A DNA stretch of 55,324 nt from Bacteroidia bacterium (GTDB lineage: Bacteria > Bacteroidota > Bacteroidia > AKYH767-A > OLB10). The translations under genes and the position numbers were made by a program. Positions within the stretch are counted from its first letter, which is position 1; each line of letters begins with the position of its first letter. This document shows positions 24,127 through 33,095 of the stretch, piece after piece. The stretch is from NCBI GenBank assembly GCA_044448905.1, contig JBIOHJ010000002.1:1-55324 (forward strand). Direction: 5' to 3'. The notes below the pieces were generated by a model that was not told where the DNA came from, searched no databases, and was given only the letters and a program-made list of their open reading frames with translations.

Positions 24127-25905
24127 ATGAAAAAGCTCCTCGCTTCCCTCCTGTTTATTTCTACACTATTCATTTTAATTTACAGCTGCTCAAAGGATGA
24201 AATGAGCGGACATGGCGGTGGAAATCCTAATACAATCCGAACAACTATCAGCGGAATGGTGCTGGATGAAAATAATGCTGCAATTAATAATGTTACCATA
24301 ACCGCGTATTCGCAAACAACAACCACCAACCAGTACGGTGTTTTTGTTTTGAAGGATGTGAATATAAATAAAGACCGCTGCATAATTCATTTCACAAAGG
24401 CAGGATATTTTAACCGCACTCATGCTTTTATTTCTTCCGCAAATACGGTTAATTATGTGCGGGTAGTTTTGATAAGCAACGCGCAAACTCATACTTTACA
24501 AGCAACATTAGGAGGCACAGTAACTCTTCCTGATAATTCTTCTATACAATTTGCGCCCAACTCTTTTGTGACTGCAGCGGGAACGGCATATACCGGAATA
24601 GTCAACTTAACGGTAAAACATCTTTCACCCGATGCTGCCAACTTTGGCTTTATGATTCCCGGTGGGGATTTGGCAGGGCAAAATCTGAATGGCGATGATG
24701 TTGCTCTTGTAACTTACGGCATGATGGGTATTGAGTTAAAAGGAAGCAGCGGAGAAACACTGCAGTTAGCTTCCGGAACCACCGCAACACTAACCTTGTC
24801 TATTGCCGCGTCTCAGGTTGCAACTGCTCCGGCAACAATACCACTTTGGTATTTTGATGAAACCACTTCGTTGTGGAAAGAAGAAGGCACTGCAACTAAA
24901 GTTGGAAATAATTATGTGGGAACGGTGCAGCACTTTAGCTGGTGGAATTGTGATTATCCATGTGGAATGGCATATATAAATGGAAAAGTTGTGGATTGCG
25001 AAGGTAGTCCATTGGCGAATATTTTCGTAACAATAATTGCATCCAATGGTTATTCAACTTTCGTAGTAACCAATCAAAATGGAGTTTATACTATTTTAAT
25101 TGCTGCTGGATTTTCTTCAACCGTACAGGTTATAACAACTAACAATCCATGGCTTACTCAAAACAGTCAATTGGAAAATATTCCGGCTTTGACTGCCGGA
25201 CAAACTTATAATGTTCCTGATTTAGGAATTCCGTGCCCTACACGTGTGATTGGAACAATTAAAACTTGTGCAGGTGAAAATACTTTAGGTATCGTATTTA
25301 TTTTTAATGGAAATGGATTTAGCAATTATTATGCAACTGAAACAGGTTTATTTAATATTCCTGTTATTGAGAATGCCCAGCTTGAATTACTCGCATTTAA
25401 CAATTTAATCAGTAATCAGCAAATTATAACAAGCCTTGTTGCACCAAATACTTTAGATGTAGGTAATCTTCTTTTATGTGATTCAACAATTTTCATGGGT
25501 AATAATTTTGTTCTTAATGGTGGTTCATTTTCAAATCAATCATTCAATATATCAGCTACTTCGGCAACCGCCCAGTTTTATGGAGCAGCGCAACCGATTG
25601 TTATACAAATTCATGGAACTGCCTTACCGGACTATCAAATTGATTACAGTTTATTATTAAATGATACACTTCCGGGTGTATATACTTTACCCGGAGTTGG
25701 AACTATTTTTTTTAATATATATAGCAATACAAATATTTTTAGTGTTTATTCAACAGGCGGTCAATTATCGTTAATTCAAGTTGATCCGGTAGGTGGAAGA
25801 GTTAAAGGCAATTACCTTGGTTTGGGAATGTGTTCAGATAGCTTAGCAGCATCAACATTCTCGGTTTCTATTTCAGGCAACTTCGATGTCTTAAGAACCC
25901 AATAA
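24127..25905 (+). CDS. lipoprotein with carboxypeptidase-regulatory-like domains, function unknown
   Basis: 592 aa with signal plus lipobox LFILIYSC, and ISGMVLDENNAAINNVTITAY..TNQYGVFVLKDV (CarbopepD_reg-like). Confidence 0.7.
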   Translation: MKKLLASLLFISTLFILIYSCSKDEMSGHGGGNPNTIRTTISGMVLDENNAAINNVTITAYSQTTTTNQYGVFVLKDVNINKDRCIIHFTKAGYFNRTHAFISSANTVNYVRVVLISNAQTHTLQATLGGTVTLPDNSSIQFAPNSFVTAAGTAYTGIVNLTVKHLSPDAANFGFMIPGGDLAGQNLNGDDVALVTYGMMGIELKGSSGETLQLASGTTATLTLSIAASQVATAPATIPLWYFDETTSLWKEEGTATKVGNNYVGTVQHFSWWNCDYPCGMAYINGKVVDCEGSPLANIFVTIIASNGYSTFVVTNQNGVYTILIAAGFSSTVQVITTNNPWLTQNSQLENIPALTAGQTYNVPDLGIPCPTRVIGTIKTCAGENTLGIVFIFNGNGFSNYYATETGLFNIPVIENAQLELLAFNNLISNQQIITSLVAPNTLDVGNLLLCDSTIFMGNNFVLNGGSFSNQSFNISATSATAQFYGAAQPIVIQIHGTALPDYQIDYSLLLNDTLPGVYTLPGVGTIFFNIYSNTNIFSVYSTGGQLSLIQVDPVGGRVKGNYLGLGMCSDSLAASTFSVSISGNFDVLRTQ

Positions 25906-25946
25906 CTTTCCTTCTTTTCATCCCAAAAATTCCTTTCCTAATCTTT

Positions 25947-26023
25947 CCTGTCAGGTCGCGAAGCCTCTGACAGGTTTCAGAATAGAAATTTAAACCTGAC
26001 AGGAGAAGTGCTACCTTGTCTGG
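25947..26023. repeat. three copies of CCTGACAGG arranged as two hairpins
   Basis: cctgtcag (25947-54) pairs perfectly with ctgacagg (25967-74). cctgacagg (25995-26003) pairs imperfectly with ccttgtctgg (26014-23). Confidence 0.65.
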
Positions 26024-26115
26024 TTACAACTAAATCAATCTTGGTATTAACACTGTGTTAATAATTTAATCTTTGCCATCCGTATTTTATTAACGAGTTT
26101 TGTGCGCAACCTCCA

Positions 26116-26136
26116 ACTGTAAACTGTAAACTTTGA
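26116..26136. repeat. heptanucleotide array ACTGTAA x3
   Basis: actgtaa|actgtaa|actttga; the last unit contains the TTG start at 26133. Confidence 0.75.
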
Positions 26137-26975
26137 ACTCTTCCCAACTCCAATCCCTCTGCACACAAGTCCGCAGGGACATCCTCCGCATGACACACGG
26201 TGCGCAAAGCGGTCATCCCGGGGGCTCGCTCGGCTGCACCGAGTTTATGGTGGCTTTATATTTCGAAATTCTAAAGCACAAGCCAAAACCCTGGAGCATG
26301 GATGGCATTGGCGAAGATGTTTTCTTTCTTTCCAACGGGCATATTTCACCCGTATGGTACAGCGTGCTTTCGCGTTCGGGGTATTTTGATGTGAAAGAAT
26401 TATCCAGCTTCCGCAAAATAAATTCGCGACTTCAGGGGCATCCCGCCACTCACGAAGGCTTACCCGGTATCAGAGTGGCTTCGGGTTCGCTGGGGCAGGG
26501 ATTAAGTGTTGCCATTGGTGCCGCGCTTGCAAAAAAATTAAATAACGATTCCAATATTGTTTACAGCCTTCACGGGGATGGTGAGCTTAACGAAGGGCAG
26601 ATTTGGGAAGCCGTAATATTTGCCGCAGCTAAAAAGGTGGATAATCTTATTTCGACTGTTGACTGGAATGGTCAGCAGATTGACGGAGCAACAAAAGATG
26701 TGTTGCCTACTGGCGATTTAAAACCCAAATGGGAAGCATTCGGCTGGAAAGTTTTTGAAATGGATGGTGGTAACATTGAAGAAGTAATTTCTACATTAAA
26801 ACTTGCCAAGCAACATACCGGGAAAGGACAACCCATCGTTATACTTATGAAAACCGTAATGGGACAAGGCGTAGATTTTATGATGCACACCCATAAATGG
26901 CACGGAGTAGCTCCAAATGATGAGCAACTACAGAAAGCCCTTTCACAATTGCCCGAAACGGTTGGAGATTATTGA
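26133..26975 (+). CDS. transketolase, N-terminal (TPP-binding) subunit
   Basis: 280 aa with SGHPGGSLG and GDGELNEGQIWEA. The only in-frame start after stop 26127-26129 and before the conserved region is TTG 26133. Confidence 0.9.
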   Translation: MNSSQLQSLCTQVRRDILRMTHGAQSGHPGGSLGCTEFMVALYFEILKHKPKPWSMDGIGEDVFFLSNGHISPVWYSVLSRSGYFDVKELSSFRKINSRLQGHPATHEGLPGIRVASGSLGQGLSVAIGAALAKKLNNDSNIVYSLHGDGELNEGQIWEAVIFAAAKKVDNLISTVDWNGQQIDGATKDVLPTGDLKPKWEAFGWKVFEMDGGNIEEVISTLKLAKQHTGKGQPIVILMKTVMGQGVDFMMHTHKWHGVAPNDEQLQKALSQLPETVGDY

Positions 26976-26976
26976 A

Positions 26977-28401
26977 ATGAGAGTATCAAGTATCAGGTAT
27001 CAAGTATCAAGACTCACTAAGTTCTTGTTTACTAAAAAAATTTTTTTGTCTTGCTACTTGATACTTGCTACTAATGTCTCCATCTCCCAAAAACGTCCTG
27101 AACAACCCCGACAATTAACACGTATCCTCTTCCTCTTCGATGCTTCGCAAAGCATGTTGGCTCAGTGGCAAAGTAATTCGCGGTTTATAATTGCAAAAAA
27201 AATGCTTGGCGAAATGGTTGACAGTTTGCAGCAACTGGACAATCTTGAATTGGCTTTAAGAGTATATGGGCATCAAAAACCATTTCCTCCGCAGGATTGC
27301 GATGATACAAAGCTCGAAGTTCCTTTCGGAAGCTTAAACGGATTTGAAATCAAAAAACGGTTAAATGAAATAAAAGCCAGCGGTACCACTCCCATTGCAT
27401 TGTCATTGGAACAATGTGGAAAAGATTTTCCGGAAACACCTTCACGAAACATTATCATTTTAATTACCGATGGCATTGAAGAATGTAACGGTGATCCGTG
27501 TGCCGTTTCCTACCAGTTGCAAAAAAGAGGAATTGTTTTAAAACCTTTTGTGATTGGAGTAGGAGCAACAAAGGATTTCGCCAAAGCGTTTGAATGCGTG
27601 GGAAATTATTACGATGCTGCCGAAGAAAGTTCTTTCAAAGCAGTTTTTAATGTGGTGATTTCGCAAGCGCTCAATAATACAAGCATGCAGGTAAACCTGC
27701 TTGATGTTTATGGCAAGCCAACTGAAACAAATGTAGGAATGACTTTTTACGATGTGTTTTCAGGAGCCATCCGTTACAATTATATTCACACCATGAATGC
27801 AAAAGGCGTTCCCGATACCGTTAAAGTTGATCCGTTAAGCACATATAAAATTGTTGTGCATACGTTGCCTTCTGTCAGTAAAGACAGTGTGAAAGTTGTT
27901 CCCGGCAAGCATACCATTGTAGGCATTGACGCACCGCAGGGTGATTTACTGTTGAAGCTCGAAGGGTCGAGCGATTACAGGAACCTGCAGGCAATTGTCC
28001 GCAAGCATAATGAAATGCCAACGCTTAATGTGCAATCCTTCAACATCAAAGAAAGATATTTAATTGGCAAATACGATTTGGAAATACTTACGCTTCCGCG
28101 AATGTATATTGGCAATGTTGACATCTCGCAAAGCAAAACAACAACTGTAGAAATTCCCAAACCCGGCATTGCGACTCTCATTGCAAACAATCCAGGCTAC
28201 GGAGGAATTTATGTGGAAGAAGACAATAAGCTGAAATGGATTTACAGCATGGATGAAAATTTATCGCGCGAAAGCGTGGTGCTGCAACCGGGAAAATATC
28301 ATGCTGTTTTCCGCCCCAAAAATTCGAGAGAAAGCATTTATACTGTGGATAAAATATTTCGTATAGCCAGCGGAGCCTCTATTTCAGTGAACCTTTATTA
28401 A
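26977..28401 (+). CDS. von Willebrand factor A domain protein
   Basis: ATG 26977 lies 1 nt after the tktN stop. An alternative in-frame TTG at 27025 would give MFTKKIFLSCYLILATNVSISQ. MIDAS-like LFLFDASQSM precedes a VWA fold segment (..ITDGIEECNGDP). Confidence 0.75.
   Translation: MRVSSIRYQVSRLTKFLFTKKIFLSCYLILATNVSISQKRPEQPRQLTRILFLFDASQSMLAQWQSNSRFIIAKKMLGEMVDSLQQLDNLELALRVYGHQKPFPPQDCDDTKLEVPFGSLNGFEIKKRLNEIKASGTTPIALSLEQCGKDFPETPSRNIIILITDGIEECNGDPCAVSYQLQKRGIVLKPFVIGVGATKDFAKAFECVGNYYDAAEESSFKAVFNVVISQALNNTSMQVNLLDVYGKPTETNVGMTFYDVFSGAIRYNYIHTMNAKGVPDTVKVDPLSTYKIVVHTLPSVSKDSVKVVPGKHTIVGIDAPQGDLLLKLEGSSDYRNLQAIVRKHNEMPTLNVQSFNIKERYLIGKYDLEILTLPRMYIGNVDISQSKTTTVEIPKPGIATLIANNPGYGGIYVEEDNKLKWIYSMDENLSRESVVLQPGKYHAVFRPKNSRESIYTVDKIFRIASGASISVNLY
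26982..27072. repeat. heptamer-built hairpin (AGTATCA x5 arm, inverted AGTAGCA/AGTATCA arm)
   Basis: 26989-27013 matches the reverse complement of 27048-27072 at 22/25. The loop is 27014-27047. Confidence 0.8.
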
Positions 28402-28431
28402 ACATACAACCTAAATCGAAATTAAAATTTT

Positions 28432-29415
28432 ATGAAGAAGTTTTCATACACCGAAAAAAAAGATACCCGTTCGGGCTTTGGTGCCGGGCTGCTTGAATTG
28501 GGAAAAACAAACCCAAATGTAGTTGCACTTGCTGCCGACCTTGCCGGTTCATTAAAAATGGATGCGTTTCAAAAAGAATTTCCTGACCGGTTTTTCCAAT
28601 GTGGGGTTGCCGAAGCCAATATGATGGGCATTGCAGCAGGGTTAACCATAGGCGGTAAAATTCCTTTTACGGGAACTTTTGCAAACTTTTCTACCGGTCG
28701 TGTATATGACCAGATTCGTCAGTCTATTGCATACTCAAATAAAAATGTAAAAATATGTGCGTCACATGCAGGATTAACGTTAGGGGAAGATGGTGCGACA
28801 CACCAGATTCTTGAAGACATTGGAATGATGCGCATGCTTCCACATATGACAGTAATCTCACCATGCGATTATAACCAGACGAAAGCGGCAACCATTGCTA
28901 TTGCAAAATATATTGGTCCTGTTTACCTGAGATTTGGCCGCCCATCATGGCCTGTGTTTACTGATGTGAATCAAAAATTTGAAATCGGCAAAGCAGAAAT
29001 TTTTTGCGAGGGAAATGATGTTTCCATTTTTGCAACCGGGCATATGGTTTGGAAAGCACTCGAAGCCGCAGAGAAATTAACCGAAATGGGAATTGATGCC
29101 GAAGTAATAAATATCCATACCATTAAACCATTGGACGAAAAAGCCATCTTACAATCAGTGAAAAAAACAAAATGTGTGGTTACAGCCGAAGAACATCAAA
29201 TTAATGGAGGGTTGGGTGATGTCATTTGTCACGTGCTTTCAAAAAATTACCCTGTTCCGGTTGAGATTATAGGTGTAAATGATACGTTTGGCGAAAGCGG
29301 AACTCCGGAGCAATTGCTCGAGAAGTATGGATTGAGTTCAGATAGGATTATAAGAGCTGCCGAAAAAGTTATATCACGCAAACACATTGGCAATGGAGTT
29401 GGAGTGCATGCATGA
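28432..29415 (+). CDS. transketolase, C-terminal (pyrimidine-binding) subunit
   Basis: 327 aa with FQCGVAEANMMGIAAGL, HAGLTLGEDGATHQ and IHTIKPLD. Confidence 0.9.
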   Translation: MKKFSYTEKKDTRSGFGAGLLELGKTNPNVVALAADLAGSLKMDAFQKEFPDRFFQCGVAEANMMGIAAGLTIGGKIPFTGTFANFSTGRVYDQIRQSIAYSNKNVKICASHAGLTLGEDGATHQILEDIGMMRMLPHMTVISPCDYNQTKAATIAIAKYIGPVYLRFGRPSWPVFTDVNQKFEIGKAEIFCEGNDVSIFATGHMVWKALEAAEKLTEMGIDAEVINIHTIKPLDEKAILQSVKKTKCVVTAEEHQINGGLGDVICHVLSKNYPVPVEIIGVNDTFGESGTPEQLLEKYGLSSDRIIRAAEKVISRKHIGNGVGVHA

Positions 29416-29492
29416 TGTTGGATTTTGACCTGTCCCGTTTTTCCCGGGATATTTATGTTCAAACTTTACAATTTTCCATTTTCGATTAACCA

Positions 29493-30035
29493 ATGCCCGA
29501 CATCAGCGACATTGAATTACTTCAGCAATTTCGTAATGAAACTACCCGGAACACCGCTTTCAATTCCATTGTAAAAAAATACCAACAGAAAATTTATTAT
29601 CAAATCAGGCGTATTGTTATTGATCATGATGATGCTCACGATGTAGTGCAGAATACTTTTATTAAAGTGTGGAAAGGGCTGGATAATTTTCGCGAAGATT
29701 CGCAGCTTTTCACCTGGATGTACCGTATTGCAACCAATGAATCCATTACATTTCTCAAGCAAAAAAAGTCAAAAATCCATATTTCATTTGATGAAGTTGA
29801 ATATGACTTAGTTTCTCATCTTGATGGTAATCCGAATTTCAAAGGTGATATTATTCAGATGAAACTGCAGCAGGCTATATTAACTTTGCCCGCAAAACAG
29901 CGCCTTGTTTTCAATATGAAATATTTTGATGACATGAAATATGAGGAGATGGAGAAAGTGCTTGGTACTTCCGTTGGTGCTCTCAAAGCCTCGTACCATC
30001 ATGCAGTTAAAAAGATTGAGAAATTTCTGACTTAA
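29493..30035 (+). CDS. ECF-type RNA polymerase sigma-70 factor
   Basis: 180 aa with region 2 (DAHDVVQNTFIKVW, WMYRIATN) and region 4 (LPAKQRLVFNMKYFDDMKYEEMEKVLG). Confidence 0.9.
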   Translation: MPDISDIELLQQFRNETTRNTAFNSIVKKYQQKIYYQIRRIVIDHDDAHDVVQNTFIKVWKGLDNFREDSQLFTWMYRIATNESITFLKQKKSKIHISFDEVEYDLVSHLDGNPNFKGDIIQMKLQQAILTLPAKQRLVFNMKYFDDMKYEEMEKVLGTSVGALKASYHHAVKKIEKFLT

Positions 30036-30096
30036 GATTAAACTATCTCACCTATATTCTATCTAAATCACAAATGCGGCAAATACCGGAAATAAA

Positions 30097-30558
30097 ATGA
30101 AAAGTACTCAGAATATACCCGATGAACTAAAGGATGCACCACTGTTGAATAAAATCAGCCGTGAAAACCCTTTCCGTGTTCCTGACGGTTATTTCAATTC
30201 TCTGCCTTCCGATGTCGCTGAAAAAATTGCGCTGGAAAAAGCTAAATCTGTAAAAATTATTTTTATCAGGAGAATTTTGCAAACCAAATATGCTGTTGCT
30301 GCATGCCTTCTCATCGCGGCACTAATTTCAGGTGTAATTTATTTTAACCAAAATAAAACAGTAGTGAATGAACAACTTGCACTTACTACAGATGACATTT
30401 CTAGTTCAATTTATTTTGATGACATTGATGAAAGTATTTTGGTTGAAGAGCTTTCACAAATAAACAACGAATCTTCAACAGATGAGCAAGCTAAAGAAAT
30501 TGAAAATTATTTAATAGAAACTCAAACTGATATTTCACATTACGTAAATGAATTATAA
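30097..30558 (+). CDS. single-pass membrane protein, possible anti-sigma factor
   Basis: 153 aa with one TM (YAVAACLLIAALISGVIYF). It lies immediately downstream of the ECF sigma gene. No zinc-finger anti-sigma motif was seen. Confidence 0.5.
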   Translation: MKSTQNIPDELKDAPLLNKISRENPFRVPDGYFNSLPSDVAEKIALEKAKSVKIIFIRRILQTKYAVAACLLIAALISGVIYFNQNKTVVNEQLALTTDDISSSIYFDDIDESILVEELSQINNESSTDEQAKEIENYLIETQTDISHYVNEL

Positions 30559-30559
30559 A

Positions 30560-31045
30560 ATGAAAAACAAGCTATTATCCTTGCCGGCTATATGCATGCT
30601 GGTGACTTCATTAAGCATTGCTCAACCCGGAGAAAAAATGGAAGAACGAAAAGAGAACATTGAAGCAATGAAAATAGGCTTCCTCACTAAACGACTTGAT
30701 CTTACCCCCGATGAAGCAAAAACTTTCTGGCCCGTTTATAATCAGTTCCAGAACGAGCTGGAAGCACTCCGAAAATCAAGACGCGGTGAGAGAAAAGAAG
30801 CCAAAGATGAGTTCGCTAATATGCCCGACAAAGACGTGGAGAAAATGGTAGATGGCGAAATTGCCTTTCGGCAGAACGAGCTCGACATTATGAAAAAATA
30901 TCATGCGCAATTCAAGCAGGTGCTTCCAATAAAAAAGGTTGCATCACTTTACCGTACTGAAGAAGATTTCAAACGTGAACTTTTAAACCGTTTGCAAGAC
31001 CGCAAAAAGGAAATGCGCGACCACCCAAAGGGGCCAGGGAGATAA
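30560..31045 (+). CDS. periplasmic Spy/CpxP-like helical protein
   Basis: ATG 30560 lies 1 nt after the previous stop. It has a signal peptide followed by a charged helical sequence with LTPDEAKTFWPVYNQF, typical of the third gene of Bacteroidota ECF modules. Confidence 0.55.
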   Translation: MKNKLLSLPAICMLVTSLSIAQPGEKMEERKENIEAMKIGFLTKRLDLTPDEAKTFWPVYNQFQNELEALRKSRRGERKEAKDEFANMPDKDVEKMVDGEIAFRQNELDIMKKYHAQFKQVLPIKKVASLYRTEEDFKRELLNRLQDRKKEMRDHPKGPGR

Positions 31046-31066
31046 AAAATCGAAAAAAATATTTAT

Positions 31067-31094
31067 GGGAGATTTTTTCTCCCTTTTTTATTTT
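31067..31094 (+). terminator. intrinsic terminator
   Basis: GGGAGA (31067-72) / TCTCCC (31078-83) with a T5 loop, followed by TTTTTTATTTT. Confidence 0.6.
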
Positions 31095-31130
31095 CATTTT
31101 TGTCCTGAGTATAAATTATTCTTTCTTATT

Positions 31131-31138
31131 TACTTTTG
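31131..31138 (+). promoter_or_regulatory. -7 promoter box TACTTTTG
   Basis: Matches TAnnTTTG, 4 nt from ATG 31143. Confidence 0.35.
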
Positions 31139-31142
31139 CTCC

Positions 31143-32318
31143 ATGCTCACCAACCGACAGCTTTTTTTAAATCACATTGCGCAAACTTCCGATTCTCCGA
31201 TTATGCTTGAAATTGTAAAAGCAAACGGAATTGAATTAACAGACGTAAACGGTAAAAAATACATCGACCTGATTTCTGGAATTTCGGTAAGTAATGTAGG
31301 GCATTGTCATCCTGAAGTTGTTGACGCAATAAAAAAACAATTGGATAATTATATGCACCTGATGGTATATGGCGAATATATTCAGTCGCCACAGGTGCAA
31401 TTTGCGAAGTCATTAACTGATCTTCTTCCTGAAAACTTAAATACTGTTTATTTTGTAAATTCAGGAAGTGAAGCAATTGAAGGAGCAATGAAGCTTGCAA
31501 AACGATTTACGGGACGTACTGAAATTATTGCATTCAAAAATGCTTATCATGGAAGTACCCAGGGTGCATTGAGCTTAAACAGCAATGAGTATTTCAAAAA
31601 CCCGTTTCGTCCGTTGCTGCCTGATATCAGGTTTATAGAATTCAATAATAAAAATGATTTAAAAATAATTTCAGAGAAAACTGCATGTGTTGTTGCTGAA
31701 GTTTTGCAGGGTGAAGCCGGTTCAATTATTCCTGGGAACGGCTTCAACAAATTATTACGAGAACGATGTAATGAAACGGGAACATTATTAATTTCTGATG
31801 AAGCGCAAACCGGTTTTGGCAGAACTGGAACTATGTTTGCTTTTGAGCAGCATGATTTTGTTCCTGATATATTAGTTCTGGCAAAAAGTTTAGGTGGCGG
31901 AATGCCGTTAGGAACATTTATCTCATCAAAAAAAATAATGAGCAGCCTTACAAATAACCCTGCGCTTGGTCACATCACAACATTTGGTGGCCACCCGGTA
32001 TCGTGCGCAGCTGGATTGGCTACATTAAATATTATTTTAAAAATGAACCTTAAAGATGTAAACGAAAAAGAAAAACTATTCAGAAAAAACCTGGTTCATC
32101 CAAAAATTAAAAATATAACAGGACAGGGATTGTTGCTTGCTGTTGAATTTGAAAATATTAACATTAACAAAAAAATAATCAAAAGCTGCATTGGAAATGG
32201 CGTAATTGTGGATTGGTTTTTATTTGCAGAGCATAAAATGCGTATCGCTCCTCCTCTTACAATTACCAATGATTGCATAATTGATTGTTGTAAAGTAATT
32301 TTGAAATCCTTAGGTTGA
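31143..32318 (+). CDS. class III PLP-dependent aminotransferase (acetylornithine/ornithine aminotransferase-like)
   Basis: ATG 31143 gives MLTNRQLF (the track start 31065 adds an implausible leader). Motifs: NSGSEAIEGA, LISDEAQTGFGRTG and LAKSLGGGMPLG (PLP Lys). Confidence 0.85.
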   Translation: MLTNRQLFLNHIAQTSDSPIMLEIVKANGIELTDVNGKKYIDLISGISVSNVGHCHPEVVDAIKKQLDNYMHLMVYGEYIQSPQVQFAKSLTDLLPENLNTVYFVNSGSEAIEGAMKLAKRFTGRTEIIAFKNAYHGSTQGALSLNSNEYFKNPFRPLLPDIRFIEFNNKNDLKIISEKTACVVAEVLQGEAGSIIPGNGFNKLLRERCNETGTLLISDEAQTGFGRTGTMFAFEQHDFVPDILVLAKSLGGGMPLGTFISSKKIMSSLTNNPALGHITTFGGHPVSCAAGLATLNIILKMNLKDVNEKEKLFRKNLVHPKIKNITGQGLLLAVEFENININKKIIKSCIGNGVIVDWFLFAEHKMRIAPPLTITNDCIIDCCKVILKSLG

Positions 32319-32344
32319 AATTAATAGTAAAAATATTCCTGAAT

Positions 32345-32379
32345 ATCAAACATCAAACTTTAAACTTCAAACTCAAAAA
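32345..32379. repeat. heptanucleotide array (ATCAAAC/TTTAAAC/TTCAAAC) x5
   Basis: atcaaac|atcaaac|tttaaac|ttcaaac|tcaaaaa; ends 1 nt before ATG 32381. Confidence 0.8.
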
Positions 32380-32380
32380 T

Positions 32381-33055
32381 ATGAACGTACTAATTGTAGA
32401 AGACGAACGCAGCCTTTCGCACGAAATTGAAATATTTCTATCTAAGGAAGGCTATCATTGCGATGTAGCCTTTAATGGTAAGACTGCAGGTGAAAAAATT
32501 TTTGTCAGTAATTACGATTTTGTTTTGCTCGATCTTGGTTTGCCTGATGTGGATGGCTTACAAATATTAAAAGAAGCTAAAGCAGGAGGGTGTGAATCAG
32601 CATTCATTATTTTAACTGCACGCGGTGGCGTGGATGATAAAATAAAAGGGCTTGAAATGGGTGCCGATGATTACCTTGCTAAACCCTTTTCATTGATGGA
32701 ATTGCAGGCTCGTATGCAGGCGATTTTAAGACGTAAGCATGGATTAAAATCCAATACGATGCAGATAAAAGATATGATAATGGATATAAATAACAGGACA
32801 GTACACCATAATGGGAATCTTGTGAATCTTACCAAAAAAGAATTCGATTTGCTGCATTACCTTGCCCTTCATCGCAACCGTGTGCTTACCCGCATGCAGC
32901 TTACCGAACATATATGGGGCGATACGATGGAAGATGATTACGATTCAAATTATATTGATGTGCATATTAAAAACCTTCGTAAAAAACTTGCTGCACATTG
33001 CAATATAGATTGGTTTGAAACAGTGAGAGGAATTGGCTATCGATTCAATATCTAA
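32381..33055 (+). CDS. OmpR-family response regulator
   Basis: MNVLIVEDE.., phospho-acceptor LLDLGLPDVDG, and a winged-helix C-terminus ..VRGIGYRF. Confidence 0.9.
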   Translation: MNVLIVEDERSLSHEIEIFLSKEGYHCDVAFNGKTAGEKIFVSNYDFVLLDLGLPDVDGLQILKEAKAGGCESAFIILTARGGVDDKIKGLEMGADDYLAKPFSLMELQARMQAILRRKHGLKSNTMQIKDMIMDINNRTVHHNGNLVNLTKKEFDLLHYLALHRNRVLTRMQLTEHIWGDTMEDDYDSNYIDVHIKNLRKKLAAHCNIDWFETVRGIGYRFNI

Positions 33056-33095
33056 AGAACAATCCTTATCCGCCCCTTTTCTTAAAACTTTTAAT

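Noticed and set aside
25906-26132. TPP riboswitch upstream of transketolase
   Set aside because: I looked for the conserved CUGAGA and pyrimidine-sensor helix features of THI-box elements and did not find them. The hairpins present are simple CCTGACAGG stems.
26917-26976. N-terminal extension of the VWA ORF (track start 26917)
   Set aside because: It would overlap the 3' end of tktN by 59 nt and encodes no signal peptide. ATG 26977 (or TTG 27025) right after the tktN stop is more plausible.
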